A stretch of 64,000 nt of DNA from Acidimicrobiales bacterium (GTDB lineage Bacteria > Actinomycetota > Acidimicrobiia > Acidimicrobiales > Bog-793), in NCBI GenBank assembly GCA_050015175.1, contig JBEKBX010000005.1, positions 9,069-73,068 on the forward strand. The letters run 5' to 3'. The notes under the pieces are model-generated. The model made no database searches and was not told where the DNA came from. It saw only the letters and a program-made list of their open reading frames with translations. Of the stretch, positions 15,178 through 24,570 are shown piece by piece (the first letter of the stretch is position 1; each line of letters opens with the position of its first letter). The translations under genes and the position numbers were made by a program.

Positions 15178-16325
15178 GACGCGGTCGGCGTTAAGCGCAC
15201 GGGCAGGCGCCTAGCACCCCAGGTTCCAGCTGGGCCGTCGAACACACCCACAAGTTGTGCCCCGCAGCTGGTGCAGCGGCCGCTATCGGAAAGGTGATAC
15301 CGCCTGATCGTGTACCAGTCGCGCTCCACCACCATTTGACCGCACCCCGCGCAGTAGGTGCTCGACCCCTCGGCGTCGTGAACGTTGCCCGTGTATACGT
15401 GAGACAACCCGGCGGCCAAGGCGATGTGGCGGGCGCGGCTCAACGTGCTCACCGGTGTCGGAGGCAGGCCTGCGAGCTTGTAGTCCGGGTGGAAGGCAGT
15501 GAAGTGGAGAGGGACGTCGCTCGCAAGATCGCAGGCGACCCAAGAAACGAGTGAGTCCAATTCCTCGTCGGAATCGTTGAGGCCCGGGATCAACAACGTT
15601 GTCACTTCCAACCAGACCGATGTCTCCTGATGCACATAGCGCAACGTGTCTTTGACCGCTTCGAGATGACCGCCGCAAAGCTGACGGTAGAAGTCTTCGC
15701 TGAACGCCTTGAGATCGATGTTTGCAGCATCGAGGTGAGAGTAGAACTCGGACCTGGGCTCGGGGCAGACATAGCCCGCGCTGACCGCAACAGTGTTGAT
15801 GCCTGCCTCATGGCACGCTTCTGCCACGTCGATCGCGTACTCGTGGAAGATCACCGGATCGTTGTAGGTGAACGCGACGCTCGGGCACCCCAACCGCTGT
15901 GCTGCTTTGACAATGTCGGTCGGTGAGGCCGCGTATGCAAGAGTGTCGACCTCTTTGGACTTCGAGAGATCCCAGTTCTGGCAGAACCTACAGGCGAGGT
16001 TGCAGCCGGCTGTTCCAAACGAGAGCACCGAGCTGCCAGGCAGGAAGTGGTTCAGCGGCTTCTTCTCTATTGGGTCGACACAGAACCCGCTCGAGCGTCC
16101 ATAGCTCGTCAGAACCACCTGATCCTGCAACCGACCCCTGAGGAAACACAGGCCGCGCTGGCCTTCTCGAAGCTTGCAGGCACGCGGACAGATGTCGCAC
16201 TGGATTCGTCCGTCTTCCACAAGGTGCCAGTACTTCGTGGGCACCGTAGAGCTATCCCAAGCCATTGTGCGGTGCCCGCTTCCACCCTCGACCCTGGCGT
16301 CAGACCGGTCCGCGTGTCGCGCCAT
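15174..16325 (-). CDS. AmmeMemoRadiSam system radical SAM enzyme
   Basis: CNLACRFCQNWDLSK (CxxxCxxC), N-terminal Cys cluster CDICPRACKL and C-terminal Cys pairs CAGCG / CTSCG. ATG at 16325 preferred (GAGGAGGGG 4 nt upstream); the track ORF extends to GTG 16340. Confidence 0.85.
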   Translation of the reverse strand: MARHADRSDARVEGGSGHRTMAWDSSTVPTKYWHLVEDGRIQCDICPRACKLREGQRGLCFLRGRLQDQVVLTSYGRSSGFCVDPIEKKPLNHFLPGSSVLSFGTAGCNLACRFCQNWDLSKSKEVDTLAYAASPTDIVKAAQRLGCPSVAFTYNDPVIFHEYAIDVAEACHEAGINTVAVSAGYVCPEPRSEFYSHLDAANIDLKAFSEDFYRQLCGGHLEAVKDTLRYVHQETSVWLEVTTLLIPGLNDSDEELDSLVSWVACDLASDVPLHFTAFHPDYKLAGLPPTPVSTLSRARHIALAAGLSHVYTGNVHDAEGSSTYCAGCGQMVVERDWYTIRRYHLSDSGRCTSCGAQLVGVFDGPAGTWGARRLPVRLTPTAS

Positions 16326-16570
16326 CGAGCCCCTCCTCACTATCTCAGGATTGACTGGCGACCATCTTTTCGGTGGATCAAAGTCCGACTCACGGGCAAC
16401 TCGGGCTTGTCTGCCGGGACAAGCCCGTTGTTGGATGTCCGTGACATTTTTCCGTGCCGGGAGGAGCGACTTCCACCAAGCTCCGTGGCACTCCCACCTC
16501 GGAACAAGATTTTAGCTCTGCGGTCGTTCGTGACCGGTGGAGCGTGAGATGGTCCCTGCCTGCTGAATGA

Positions 16571-16921
16571 TCAACAGGTCAAGTGCAGGACGGCGTTGGT
16601 ATCCCGTTCGTTCAGCTGCAGGAGCGAGATCGCGTCGGCAGTAGGCAGCGCCACGAGCTCGACACAACGTCTCCTGGCTTCATGGCTCAGCTCAGGGACG
16701 ATCGGGAGCGCTCCGTGCATTCCGGTCCCGACTACGAGACGACGGCAATCCCAGGGGATCGTTTCCGCCATCGACAGGGGCGTGTGACCGTATGCAGCGC
16801 GCAGTGGTCGCGAGGCCTTCTTCTCGCGCTTGCGGACCACCCCGTGATCGATCACCACGTCGTGCTCGTAGGTCCTCCCGTCAATACGGATGCAGCCGAA
16901 TACGAAGTTCTCAAAGCGCAT
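16571..16921 (-). CDS. Mth938-like (DUF498) domain protein
   Basis: MRFENFVFGCIRIDGRTYEHDVVID...RRLVVGTGMHGALPIVPE...AVLHLTC matches the Mth938 family pattern, including the C-terminal LHLTC. The upstream 85 codons of the track ORF look non-coding; alternative ATG at 16960. Confidence 0.7.
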   Translation of the reverse strand: MRFENFVFGCIRIDGRTYEHDVVIDHGVVRKREKKASRPLRAAYGHTPLSMAETIPWDCRRLVVGTGMHGALPIVPELSHEARRRCVELVALPTADAISLLQLNERDTNAVLHLTC

Positions 16922-17159
16922 CGCTTGACAAGTCTTGTGCTCTCCGAGAAGAGATTCCATGGCAGGCTCGAACCCAAAGCGAGCGGCCTGAGGTCCGCGA
17001 CGCGTCGAAGCGAGGTCCACGTTGCGACCCGAGGTGGTGGGGACCGGTACGGGACGGACTTCAGGACACGCCGGTGACGACACGGTCGAGGGAACTCCCT
17101 TGCTGCGACCAGGTTCCCTTCGCAAGTCGCAGATCAGCGGCGTTGGGCCTTCGATCAGG

Positions 17160-17711
17160 ATGAAGGCCCAGCTCATAGGCCGTTGCAGGGAGTCGCGTGA
17201 CCCACCTCGGGCTCGTCGGGCAAGTGGCCGTGGCTGCGTCCGGACGATCCCCTTTGAGGCACTTCAGCGTGCCGTGCACTCGAGTGCCATCAGCCGAGAG
17301 GCGCCCGCGTCGCGGATATTCGTGCTCAGCGAGGTGACGGGCACTGTGAGGGCGGTCGTTTTGCGAGCCGGGCCGCGCTGGCGGGTGCGGCAGTTCGTGT
17401 TCGACCCCACCGACACGCTGGATGCCACGATGATCAATTGCACCGAAAAGAGCACGATGCGAACCGCGGTGCTCTGGGTGTCCGCCACGGGGGTGCTGAC
17501 CGGAGAGAAGAGTGGCGCGTTGGTGGCCACTGCGGCGGGCGGCGTTCTCGCCTACCAGGACGGGCACATCAAGCTGGGAGGGTCGGAGGCTCCCATACTG
17601 GAAGAGGTGGCCTCCGGGCCGCTGAGCGTGAACGGAAAACCGCTCGGAGCCATGACCACCGCCGCCACCGTGTCGTGGGCACCCTGGATCCGCCGCATCG
17701 AGCAGCTCTGA
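17160..17711 (+). CDS. Hypothetical protein (start uncertain; alternatives at 17430 and 17457)
   Basis: The 3-prime 280 nt have high GC3 and protein-like composition (MRTAVLWVSATGVLTGEKSGALVATAAGGVLAYQDGHIKLGG...). Stops 4 nt before the RidA gene. No recognisable family. Confidence 0.35.
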   Translation: MKAQLIGRCRESRDPPRARRASGRGCVRTIPFEALQRAVHSSAISREAPASRIFVLSEVTGTVRAVVLRAGPRWRVRQFVFDPTDTLDATMINCTEKSTMRTAVLWVSATGVLTGEKSGALVATAAGGVLAYQDGHIKLGGSEAPILEEVASGPLSVNGKPLGAMTTAATVSWAPWIRRIEQL

Positions 17712-17715
17712 TCAC

Positions 17716-18132
17716 GTGGACGTTCAAGGAGAGCCCGCAGATCACAGACTGTTCGACGGCGTCTCCTATGCATACGGCGCCGTCGCTGCTCAGGGTGCGA
17801 TTCTGTTCACGGCAGGTGCCTGCCCGATTGATGAGGGCGGGAACCTAGTCGGACCAGGTGATCTGTCAGCCCAGGCGATCGCAGCTCTCGAGAACTTGAA
17901 GGCCGCGCTGGCTCTGCACGGAGCGGGCACGCAAGACCTCGTTCGCACGACTGTTTACGTGGTAGGAGATCACGATGCACTCGTGCGTGTTTGGGACGTG
18001 ATCGCGACCCGCCTGGCACCGCAGCGTCCACCGAGCACCCTCCTGGGCGTTTCCGTCCTCGGATATCGGGGTCAGCTAGTTGAGATCGACGGGATAGCCG
18101 CGCTGCCTTCGACGCGACAGATGGGAAGTTGA
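17716..18132 (+). CDS. RidA/YjgF family deaminase
   Basis: GTG start. AQGAILFTAGACPIDEGGNLVGPGDLSAQAIAALENLKAALALHGAGTQDLVRTTVYV and C-terminal VEIDGIA are typical RidA blocks. Confidence 0.8.
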   Translation: MDVQGEPADHRLFDGVSYAYGAVAAQGAILFTAGACPIDEGGNLVGPGDLSAQAIAALENLKAALALHGAGTQDLVRTTVYVVGDHDALVRVWDVIATRLAPQRPPSTLLGVSVLGYRGQLVEIDGIAALPSTRQMGS

Positions 18133-18195
18133 CGCCTGGCTGTTAGGCAAGGCCTGCGTGCACTCGGCGAGCGCCCGGTTGTCGGGGCCCGCGCG

Positions 18196-18627
18196 CTAAG
18201 TCGTGTTGACGATGAGCACAGCGCACGGAGCAGAGTGGGCGACGGCGTTCGGCACGCTGCCGAGCACGCGTTTCAGTCCCCGCATGCCCCTGTTCCCGAC
18301 GACGATCAACTCCACATGCTGTTCCTTGGCGATGGAAACGATTCGTTCTGCCACGAAACCGGTCACTACGTGGGTTCGCGTCGGCACGCCCTCTGCGCGG
18401 GCGTGGGATGCCATCAACTCCGTGTGCGTTGCCGCGACACCCGCGGGGTCGATTTCCTCGCCGTGAGCGACCCTCGCGTCAGACCACGCTCTTGCGCTCA
18501 CTTCGGGGCGATAGACGCTCGCGATGTGGAGCGTTGCACCGAACGTCTTGGATAGCTCGATGGCCGTCCGGACGGCTTTGCTCGCGGTCTCGGAACCGTC
18601 CGTTGCCACAAGCACCGATCTGTACAC
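18196..18627 (-). CDS. Universal stress protein (UspA family)
   Basis: MYRSVLVATDGSETASKAV... and ELIVVGNRGMRGLKRVLGSVPNAVAHSAPCAVLIV. Paralog of 10901..11341. Confidence 0.85.
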   Translation of the reverse strand: MYRSVLVATDGSETASKAVRTAIELSKTFGATLHIASVYRPEVSARAWSDARVAHGEEIDPAGVAATHTELMASHARAEGVPTRTHVVTGFVAERIVSIAKEQHVELIVVGNRGMRGLKRVLGSVPNAVAHSAPCAVLIVNTT

Positions 18628-18813
18628 CTCGCGCTCCCATCGTCGATGGTGCGAAGACTGTAGTGGTCGGGCACCGTGTATCGGGCCGATTCGATGAAAC
18701 GACCGCGCATGAACAACGGGTCGTGGTGATCCTTGCCCTCTGCGCCATCTGGCTTCGTCGGACGCGTCCGAGCTTGATACCCCGACGACAGCGTCCGGCG
18801 CCGGCCGTGGTCG

Positions 18814-20028
18814 TCAGGCCATTCCTGCCGTGGCCAGCTGTTTGTCGAGGTACTGGCGGATCTGGATCGAAGCGGCCGCGCCCTCCCCCACGGCAGAGGC
18901 GAGCTGTTTGGTCGACCCGGCCCGAACATCACCGGCTGCGAAAACCCCCGGCATTGACGTCATGAAGCTTGCGTCGGTCACTATGAACCCGCGCTCGTCC
19001 AGGTTCACCTGGTCCTTGATGAAGGCCGTGTTGGGATCGAGGCCGATGAACACGAAGCAGCCCGCAGGGTGGTGCTCCTCGGTCTCGCCCGTCTTTCGGT
19101 TCTCCAATACGACGGTACCGAGCTTGCCGCTGCCGTCATCCTTGGGCCGGAACTCCTTCACATTGCGGTTCAGCAGGACCTCCATTTTCGGGTGCGCCAA
19201 CACCTTGTCCTCTAGGAGCTTGTGGGCCGCAAGCTTGTCGTTGTGCTCAACGATCGTCACCTTGTCGACGAAGTTCGTCAGGAAGAGGCCTTCCTCGAGG
19301 CCACTGTTCCCACCGCCCAGCACCATCAGGTCCGGGGCACCCCTGTAGAAGGGTCCGTCGCAAGTGGCGCAGAAGTGGATGCCGGCGCCGATCAGCTCGT
19401 CCTCGCCAGGTGCGCCGGTGCGGCGGTAGCTCGAACCGGTCGCGACAAGAACGGCACGAGCGTGATAGTGGTCACCATTGCCTGTGAGGACCTCGAGCCG
19501 GTCCCCGTCGGGCGAGATCTTCCCGACTGACAAGGCCTGAATCATCTCGACGCCGTAGCGACGAGCCTGCGTGACGATGCGCTCGGCCAGCTCCGCGCCG
19601 CCTATGCCGTCGGGGAAGCCGGGATAGTTGTCGAGGCGCTCAGTGACTCCGGCCTGGCCACCGAGGCTCTTCGAGTCAATGATCAGGGAGGAGAGGTTCT
19701 CCCGTGCCGCGTAGATGCTCGTGGTCAGCGCCGCCGGACCCCCGCCCACGAGGATGACGTCATAGACGTGCATCATCGCCTTGCGATCGAGACCGATCTT
19801 GTCGGCCAGCTCCTCGTTGGAAGGTTCGGACAGGCTCGTGCCGTCCGGAAACACGATCGTGGGGATCACGTTGTTCCCGTTGTTGCGCTCGTGCACGATG
19901 TCAAGGCCCTGAGGCTCCTGCTCGATGTCATGCCACTCGAACGCGATCCGCTGATCGCCCAGGAACTGCTTCGCGCGCTTGCAGTCGCTGCACCAGCTCG
20001 CGCCGAAGACCTTGATCTTCTGGTCCAT
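18814..20028 (-). CDS. Glutaredoxin/NrdH-like domain fused to thioredoxin-disulfide reductase
   Basis: ATG at 20028 with GGAGGGGAG upstream. N-terminal IKVFGASWCSDCKRAKQFL (CxxC) of about 85 aa, then TrxR with ILVGGGPAALT, FCATCDGPFY (CATC redox site) and GGGNSGLEEG. Confidence 0.85.
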   Translation of the reverse strand: MDQKIKVFGASWCSDCKRAKQFLGDQRIAFEWHDIEQEPQGLDIVHERNNGNNVIPTIVFPDGTSLSEPSNEELADKIGLDRKAMMHVYDVILVGGGPAALTTSIYAARENLSSLIIDSKSLGGQAGVTERLDNYPGFPDGIGGAELAERIVTQARRYGVEMIQALSVGKISPDGDRLEVLTGNGDHYHARAVLVATGSSYRRTGAPGEDELIGAGIHFCATCDGPFYRGAPDLMVLGGGNSGLEEGLFLTNFVDKVTIVEHNDKLAAHKLLEDKVLAHPKMEVLLNRNVKEFRPKDDGSGKLGTVVLENRKTGETEEHHPAGCFVFIGLDPNTAFIKDQVNLDERGFIVTDASFMTSMPGVFAAGDVRAGSTKQLASAVGEGAAASIQIRQYLDKQLATAGMA

Positions 20029-20099
20029 CTGCGATCTCCCCTCCGGCCGTACTACTAGCGAACATACCTCCAGTCCCAAATCGAGGCACGGCGTTACAG

Positions 20100-20664
20100 T
20101 GCGCTGCCCCGCTCGTCACCTTGCCCGAGCGATCCCGCTGGGCCTCTGGGAGCCGGAATGAGGACGGGGTCAGATTGGCGGCCGCGTAGGTGTCCACGTC
20201 GCCGAGGGCATAGAAGACGACGACGCCCCGAACGTCCACGACGCCGATCGTCCAGGGCAGTAATTCAGGCTTGTGCGGGAAGTGCGACACGAACCTCATC
20301 GAGACCGTTCCTCGGTCGAAGCTCACGGTAGAGCCCATAGCTTTGCCGTGTTGAGCAGGTCGGCGAGGGCCTCTGCGTGAGTCCCTCTGAAGATCGCGAC
20401 GCTCACCGAGCTTGCCGAATCGACGCCCGAGATCTGCATTGCGGTGAACGCCCCCGGGTTGAAGCCACCGAATCCCGAATCCGGCCGATCTTATGACCTC
20501 AACGAAGGCTGACCGGGGAACGCCACGACGAACGCGTCCTGCCCGCTGCCGAACAGACCGGTGGGATGGGAACACGACTCGATGCCCACCCCGATCCCGA
20601 TCACCGCGAGTACCGCGGCTGACAGCATCCCAAAGGCGCGCACCGTTGCCAGTGTTGCATCCAC
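20100..20664 (-). pseudogene. Possible disrupted lipoprotein/secreted-protein gene (in-frame TAA plus frameshift)
   Basis: Three consecutive coding-like pieces. GTG 20664 ... VLAVIGIGVGIESCSHPTGLF...QPSLRS then TAA (20493..20491). The same frame continues DSGFGGFNPGAFTAMQISGVD...LADLLNTAKL to TGA 20325..20323. A third piece in another frame starts at ATG 20338 (MGSTVSFDRGTVSMRF...DVDTYAAANL) and runs without a stop into the trxB-like gene. Confidence 0.3.
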
Positions 20665-20837
20665 GTGCTTGTTGTTCGGGCGGTCACCACCGCTGCGACC
20701 GGCGCGTCCTCGCGAGCATCGACCCTGACCGGCTGAGGGGACCTGCGCCAGCCGTTCAGCTGGAGCGATCCCGGTCCGAGGCGTCGTCCTGGTGACCGTG
20801 ACTGGTGGCGAGGCGGGAGTAGCCGTGGCAGGACACA

Positions 20838-22079
20838 TCAGCCCGCGTTCGGTGGCTCCGATCCGAGGGGCGAGGGTCCTGGTGGCGTACTGGGGACGGT
20901 GGGGGAGTGGTAACTGCTGATGGGGGTGGTCGCGGTGGACAGAGCAGTGACAGGCTCGAGCGAGCGCGGTCCGGCTACTGCCGAGCTTGTCACAACGACC
21001 AGTGCGAGGAGGAAGACACAGTAGATCCAGAACGCCAGCGTGAGGCCCGAGGTGATCGTCAGGCCCGCCCGCGCTGCGTCCGCGGACGAGATCCCGAACA
21101 TTGCCGGAGACGTACCCTCCCCGATCTGGATGATCCCCGAGACCGCTTGACCCATCATCGGGATGATGGCGCCGACGAGCAAAAAGCTCCCGTGACGTAT
21201 CGGTCGCCACAGGGAGGCCACGACCGCGACAGCGACCAGCGCGACCATCACGGCGACATTCCCGGCGATCACGGGCGCCGGGTTCGAGAACACATTGCCC
21301 GCGGTGAAGGACTGTGTCGTTCCGGCCGACGTCTGCAGGACGTAGCTGTCCCAGGAAGGGGCGAACGCGGCCGCGGTGCCCAGCGCGGCCAGGGAAAACG
21401 CCAAGAACGGGAGGGAGTCGGAGCCGCGCGGCCGGCCGAAGGAAACATCCTCGTGTCGTAGGGCGAACGCAATGGTGGCGCCGGCAGAGCAAGCGAGCCA
21501 GCCGATGATCCCGAGCACGAGGCCGGCGCCCATGAGGTGCGCACCCCCGGCGATCGCCGTGCCCGCGTCCGCGAAGAACATGCCGAAAGTGACGATGCTC
21601 GTTCCCATCCCGAGCAGCGCTCCCACCCGGGCACGACCGAGGAAGATGAGCAGGGCGCTAGCGCTCCAGGCCGCAAAGTAGATCGCGTGCGGTACCAGCT
21701 GGTACGCCTGCTGGGTAAGGCTCTCACCGTTCAGATAGTCAGGGAACACCCCGGCGATCCCGCATGCGACGCCGATCGCCAGGAGCGTCGCAGGTAGGAC
21801 GGCCCGCCCCCCTCCGCCTGCGGCTTGTCCGCCTGCGCTCGCGAGTTGTTCGTCGGCCTTGGCGGCTGGCGCCGTAGGCTGATCAACCGGAGCGATCGTC
21901 TCCGGCCGCTCTATCGTTGTGAACCGGGTCCACGCCGCGTACCAGCCTTCCGGAGTGTCGGGCCACCACTCGAGTGGTTGCGACCATGTTTGCCCGATGC
22001 TCCAGATCCCGTAGAAGGCCGGACCGCGCCCGATCTCGTAGCTCGCTCCCCGGTAGGAAATGGTCACGTCGTCACGCAC
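20838..22079 (-). CDS. Hypothetical integral membrane protein (soluble N-terminal ~60 aa, Pro/Ala linker, ~8 TM)
   Basis: GTG start with AAGGAGGAAG 8 nt upstream. 413 aa with many hydrophobic helices and no recognisable family. Confidence 0.65.
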   Translation of the reverse strand: MRDDVTISYRGASYEIGRGPAFYGIWSIGQTWSQPLEWWPDTPEGWYAAWTRFTTIERPETIAPVDQPTAPAAKADEQLASAGGQAAGGGGRAVLPATLLAIGVACGIAGVFPDYLNGESLTQQAYQLVPHAIYFAAWSASALLIFLGRARVGALLGMGTSIVTFGMFFADAGTAIAGGAHLMGAGLVLGIIGWLACSAGATIAFALRHEDVSFGRPRGSDSLPFLAFSLAALGTAAAFAPSWDSYVLQTSAGTTQSFTAGNVFSNPAPVIAGNVAVMVALVAVAVVASLWRPIRHGSFLLVGAIIPMMGQAVSGIIQIGEGTSPAMFGISSADAARAGLTITSGLTLAFWIYCVFLLALVVVTSSAVAGPRSLEPVTALSTATTPISSYHSPTVPSTPPGPSPLGSEPPNAG

Positions 22080-22200
22080 GGCTCGATTCTTCCTCCTTGA
22101 ACTCGTCCCGTCGTGCCGGCAGCCAGCCTAGGGAACTGAACTGTGTGTTGGCTGGGCAGAGCCTGAGAGATCGCTCGCGACGGTGGTCTTGGCGTGGCCG

Positions 22201-24570
22201 CTATGCCTCTGTTGCAAACAGGCGAACCGCAGGCTCCGCACGGTCCGCGCGCGAGCCAAGACCACGGGTCACCTGCGTCAACGGCGCCGTGCCCGGACCG
22301 CGCCGTCGTTCCGGCTGAAGCGATCCGGAGTCATTAGTTCTCGCCAGCGCACGAAAGCTGCGAGCGGCAGCTAGTTGCAGGGACGCGAACTGGTTGTCCG
22401 ATGAGACCGGCGTCAGTCCGCGGCAAGTTCTGACAGGCGTTATGTCGAGCTCGTCGATCGGGACAGGGTACGCGTGGAAAAAGCCCTGTCCCTGGTCGCA
22501 ACGGAACCTTGCCAGTGCCTCGGCCTGGGGCGCCGTCTCGATGCCTTCGGCGGTGACCCTCAGGTGCAGGGAGTGTGCTAGGTCTATGACGCCTCGGATA
22601 AGGCTTGCACCGGTCTCTTCGGTAACGCGGTCGGTGAACGTCTTGTCTATTTTGACGCGGTCGACGGGCAGCTCGTGGAGGTAGCTCAGTGATGAGTAGC
22701 CGGTTCCGAAGTCGTCGATCGCGATAGTCACGCCGAGCGCCTTCAGCCCTGTGATAGAGGAGCGGGCCAAGGCGAAGTTGGTTATGAGGGCTGTCTCGGT
22801 TATCTCGAGCTCGAGCAGCGATGCGGGAAAGCCGGTGGCGGAGAGGATGCGCGAGACGTCCTCGGGCAATCGCGGCCGAGCGAGCTCGACGGCAGAGAGG
22901 TTCACGGCAACGCTGAGCGGTGCTGCGCGCTGCGAGAGAAGGTTGGCACCGTCGCTGCAGGCTTGTTGCAGCACCCACTGGGTGATTGCGGTGATGGCGC
23001 CGTTACGCTCGGCGAGAGGGATGAACATGCCAGGGGGGATCAACCCGTCGGTGGGGTGCTGCCAGCGCACCAACGCCTCGAGGCCGCAGACCGTGCCATC
23101 GTGGACATTGACGATCGGCTGGTAGTGCAGCCGGAGCTCATCACGTTCGGCGGCACAGGACAGTTCAGCGCTGAGCCGGTCCCGCCTTGCCGCCTCCTGT
23201 TCGATTGACTCTTCCCACCACCTGGTTCGGTTGCATCCCTCGGACTTGGCGAGGTACATGGCTGCGTCAGCCCGCCGGATGAGCTCCTCGGCCTCGCCGC
23301 AGTCTGCGTACGTCGGTTCGCCACTGCGGAACTCGCCCGCCGCGGCGATGCCCACGCTGCAACTGATCCTGATATACAACCCGTCGATGACGATCTCCTC
23401 GAGCGCCTGGTGGATTCGAGAGGCGAAGCCTGACGCGTCGGCGGGCGTTCGTAGCTGCTCGAGCAAGATCACGAACTCGTCTCCGCCCATCCTGGCCACG
23501 GTGTCCCCCGCTCGGGTCTGAGCCTGGAGGGTGGCGCCGATCGCTTGAAGAACGGCGTCACCGCTGGCGTGCCCCCAGCCGTCGTTGACCTTCTTGAAAC
23601 CGTCGAGGTCGATGTACAACAGCGCCACCGAGTCTCCAGACCGGCTCGCGACAGCTAAGGCATGCGTGACTCGGTCCTGCAGCAGCACACGGTTTGCCAG
23701 ACCCGTCAGGCCGTCGTGCAAGGCGAGATGACGCAACTTTTGTTCGAATGCATGGTGCTCGCTGATGTCCCGGTAGGTGAGCACCAGCCCGCCTATGCCC
23801 GCGTGCGAGCGCTGGTCGGTAACGGCCACGGCGACCAGCAGGTACCCGCCCTTGCTGCCGCGCATCCGCACTTCGTTCTTGAGCGTCGTGCCGGGGCGCT
23901 GACGTGCCTCGACGAGAAGTCTTTGCACCGTTGTCCGGTCGTCGATGTGGACGTTGTCGATACAGCTTCGGCCCACCTGGTCAGCCGCCTGATACCAACC
24001 CACCTCCCGGCCGGATGAACTGGTGTAACGGATGATTCCGGCTTCATCCACGACGAGGATGACCTCGCTCACGTTCTGGAGCAACGCCTCCAGGCGGCCC
24101 GCCTGTTCGGTTTGGGCTCGTGCCAGCTGGGCCAGCAGGGTGGACGTGGAGATTGTCGTCGGCGCACGACCGCCGATCACGAGAAGGTCGTCGTTGCTGG
24201 AGATCACCTCTGCCATCAGCTGCATCGCGGCGTCGACTGCGAGCATGTCGGCTTGGACGGTGAGGCCCGCAGGTGCCGGAAGCGACGAGGCCGGTTCTTT
24301 TGCGTACAGGGCCCAACCAAAACCCATAGGGCCCAACAGTGTCTGGTAAAACGCGGAGCGGTTTATCAGCTTCGCCGAACCATCCGGACGCTCCAGTACG
24401 ACGCTGCGACGCTCGTTGTCCTGCCGGAACCACTCATCCACCTCCCGGCAGGTCAAGCTGTCCGGCAATGCCTGACGTTGTGTCGCGAGGGCGCCGACGG
24501 TCACAGACGCCGCGAAGCCACTGTGCATGCCCTCTGTAATCGGTAATTGGCGAAACCTGCTTGAGAACAA
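22201..24570 (-). CDS. Sensor diguanylate cyclase/phosphodiesterase (N-terminal sensor + PAS + GGDEF + EAL)
   Basis: RMGGDEFVILLE (GGDEF), CGLEALVRWQHP (EAL), DDFGTGYSSLSYL, and a PAS-like block VILVVDEAGIIRYTSSSG. About 90 aa of C-terminal extension. Start may be an internal Met. Confidence 0.9.
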   Translation of the reverse strand: MFSSRFRQLPITEGMHSGFAASVTVGALATQRQALPDSLTCREVDEWFRQDNERRSVVLERPDGSAKLINRSAFYQTLLGPMGFGWALYAKEPASSLPAPAGLTVQADMLAVDAAMQLMAEVISSNDDLLVIGGRAPTTISTSTLLAQLARAQTEQAGRLEALLQNVSEVILVVDEAGIIRYTSSSGREVGWYQAADQVGRSCIDNVHIDDRTTVQRLLVEARQRPGTTLKNEVRMRGSKGGYLLVAVAVTDQRSHAGIGGLVLTYRDISEHHAFEQKLRHLALHDGLTGLANRVLLQDRVTHALAVASRSGDSVALLYIDLDGFKKVNDGWGHASGDAVLQAIGATLQAQTRAGDTVARMGGDEFVILLEQLRTPADASGFASRIHQALEEIVIDGLYIRISCSVGIAAAGEFRSGEPTYADCGEAEELIRRADAAMYLAKSEGCNRTRWWEESIEQEAARRDRLSAELSCAAERDELRLHYQPIVNVHDGTVCGLEALVRWQHPTDGLIPPGMFIPLAERNGAITAITQWVLQQACSDGANLLSQRAAPLSVAVNLSAVELARPRLPEDVSRILSATGFPASLLELEITETALITNFALARSSITGLKALGVTIAIDDFGTGYSSLSYLHELPVDRVKIDKTFTDRVTEETGASLIRGVIDLAHSLHLRVTAEGIETAPQAEALARFRCDQGQGFFHAYPVPIDELDITPVRTCRGLTPVSSDNQFASLQLAAARSFRALARTNDSGSLQPERRRGPGTAPLTQVTRGLGSRADRAEPAVRLFATEA

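Noticed and set aside
17061-17567. 168-aa ORF on the - strand between the Mth938-like and RidA genes
   Set aside because: It is Arg/His/Pro-rich with low GC3 periodicity. The + strand frame ending at 17711 looks more coding-like, though it is itself uncertain.
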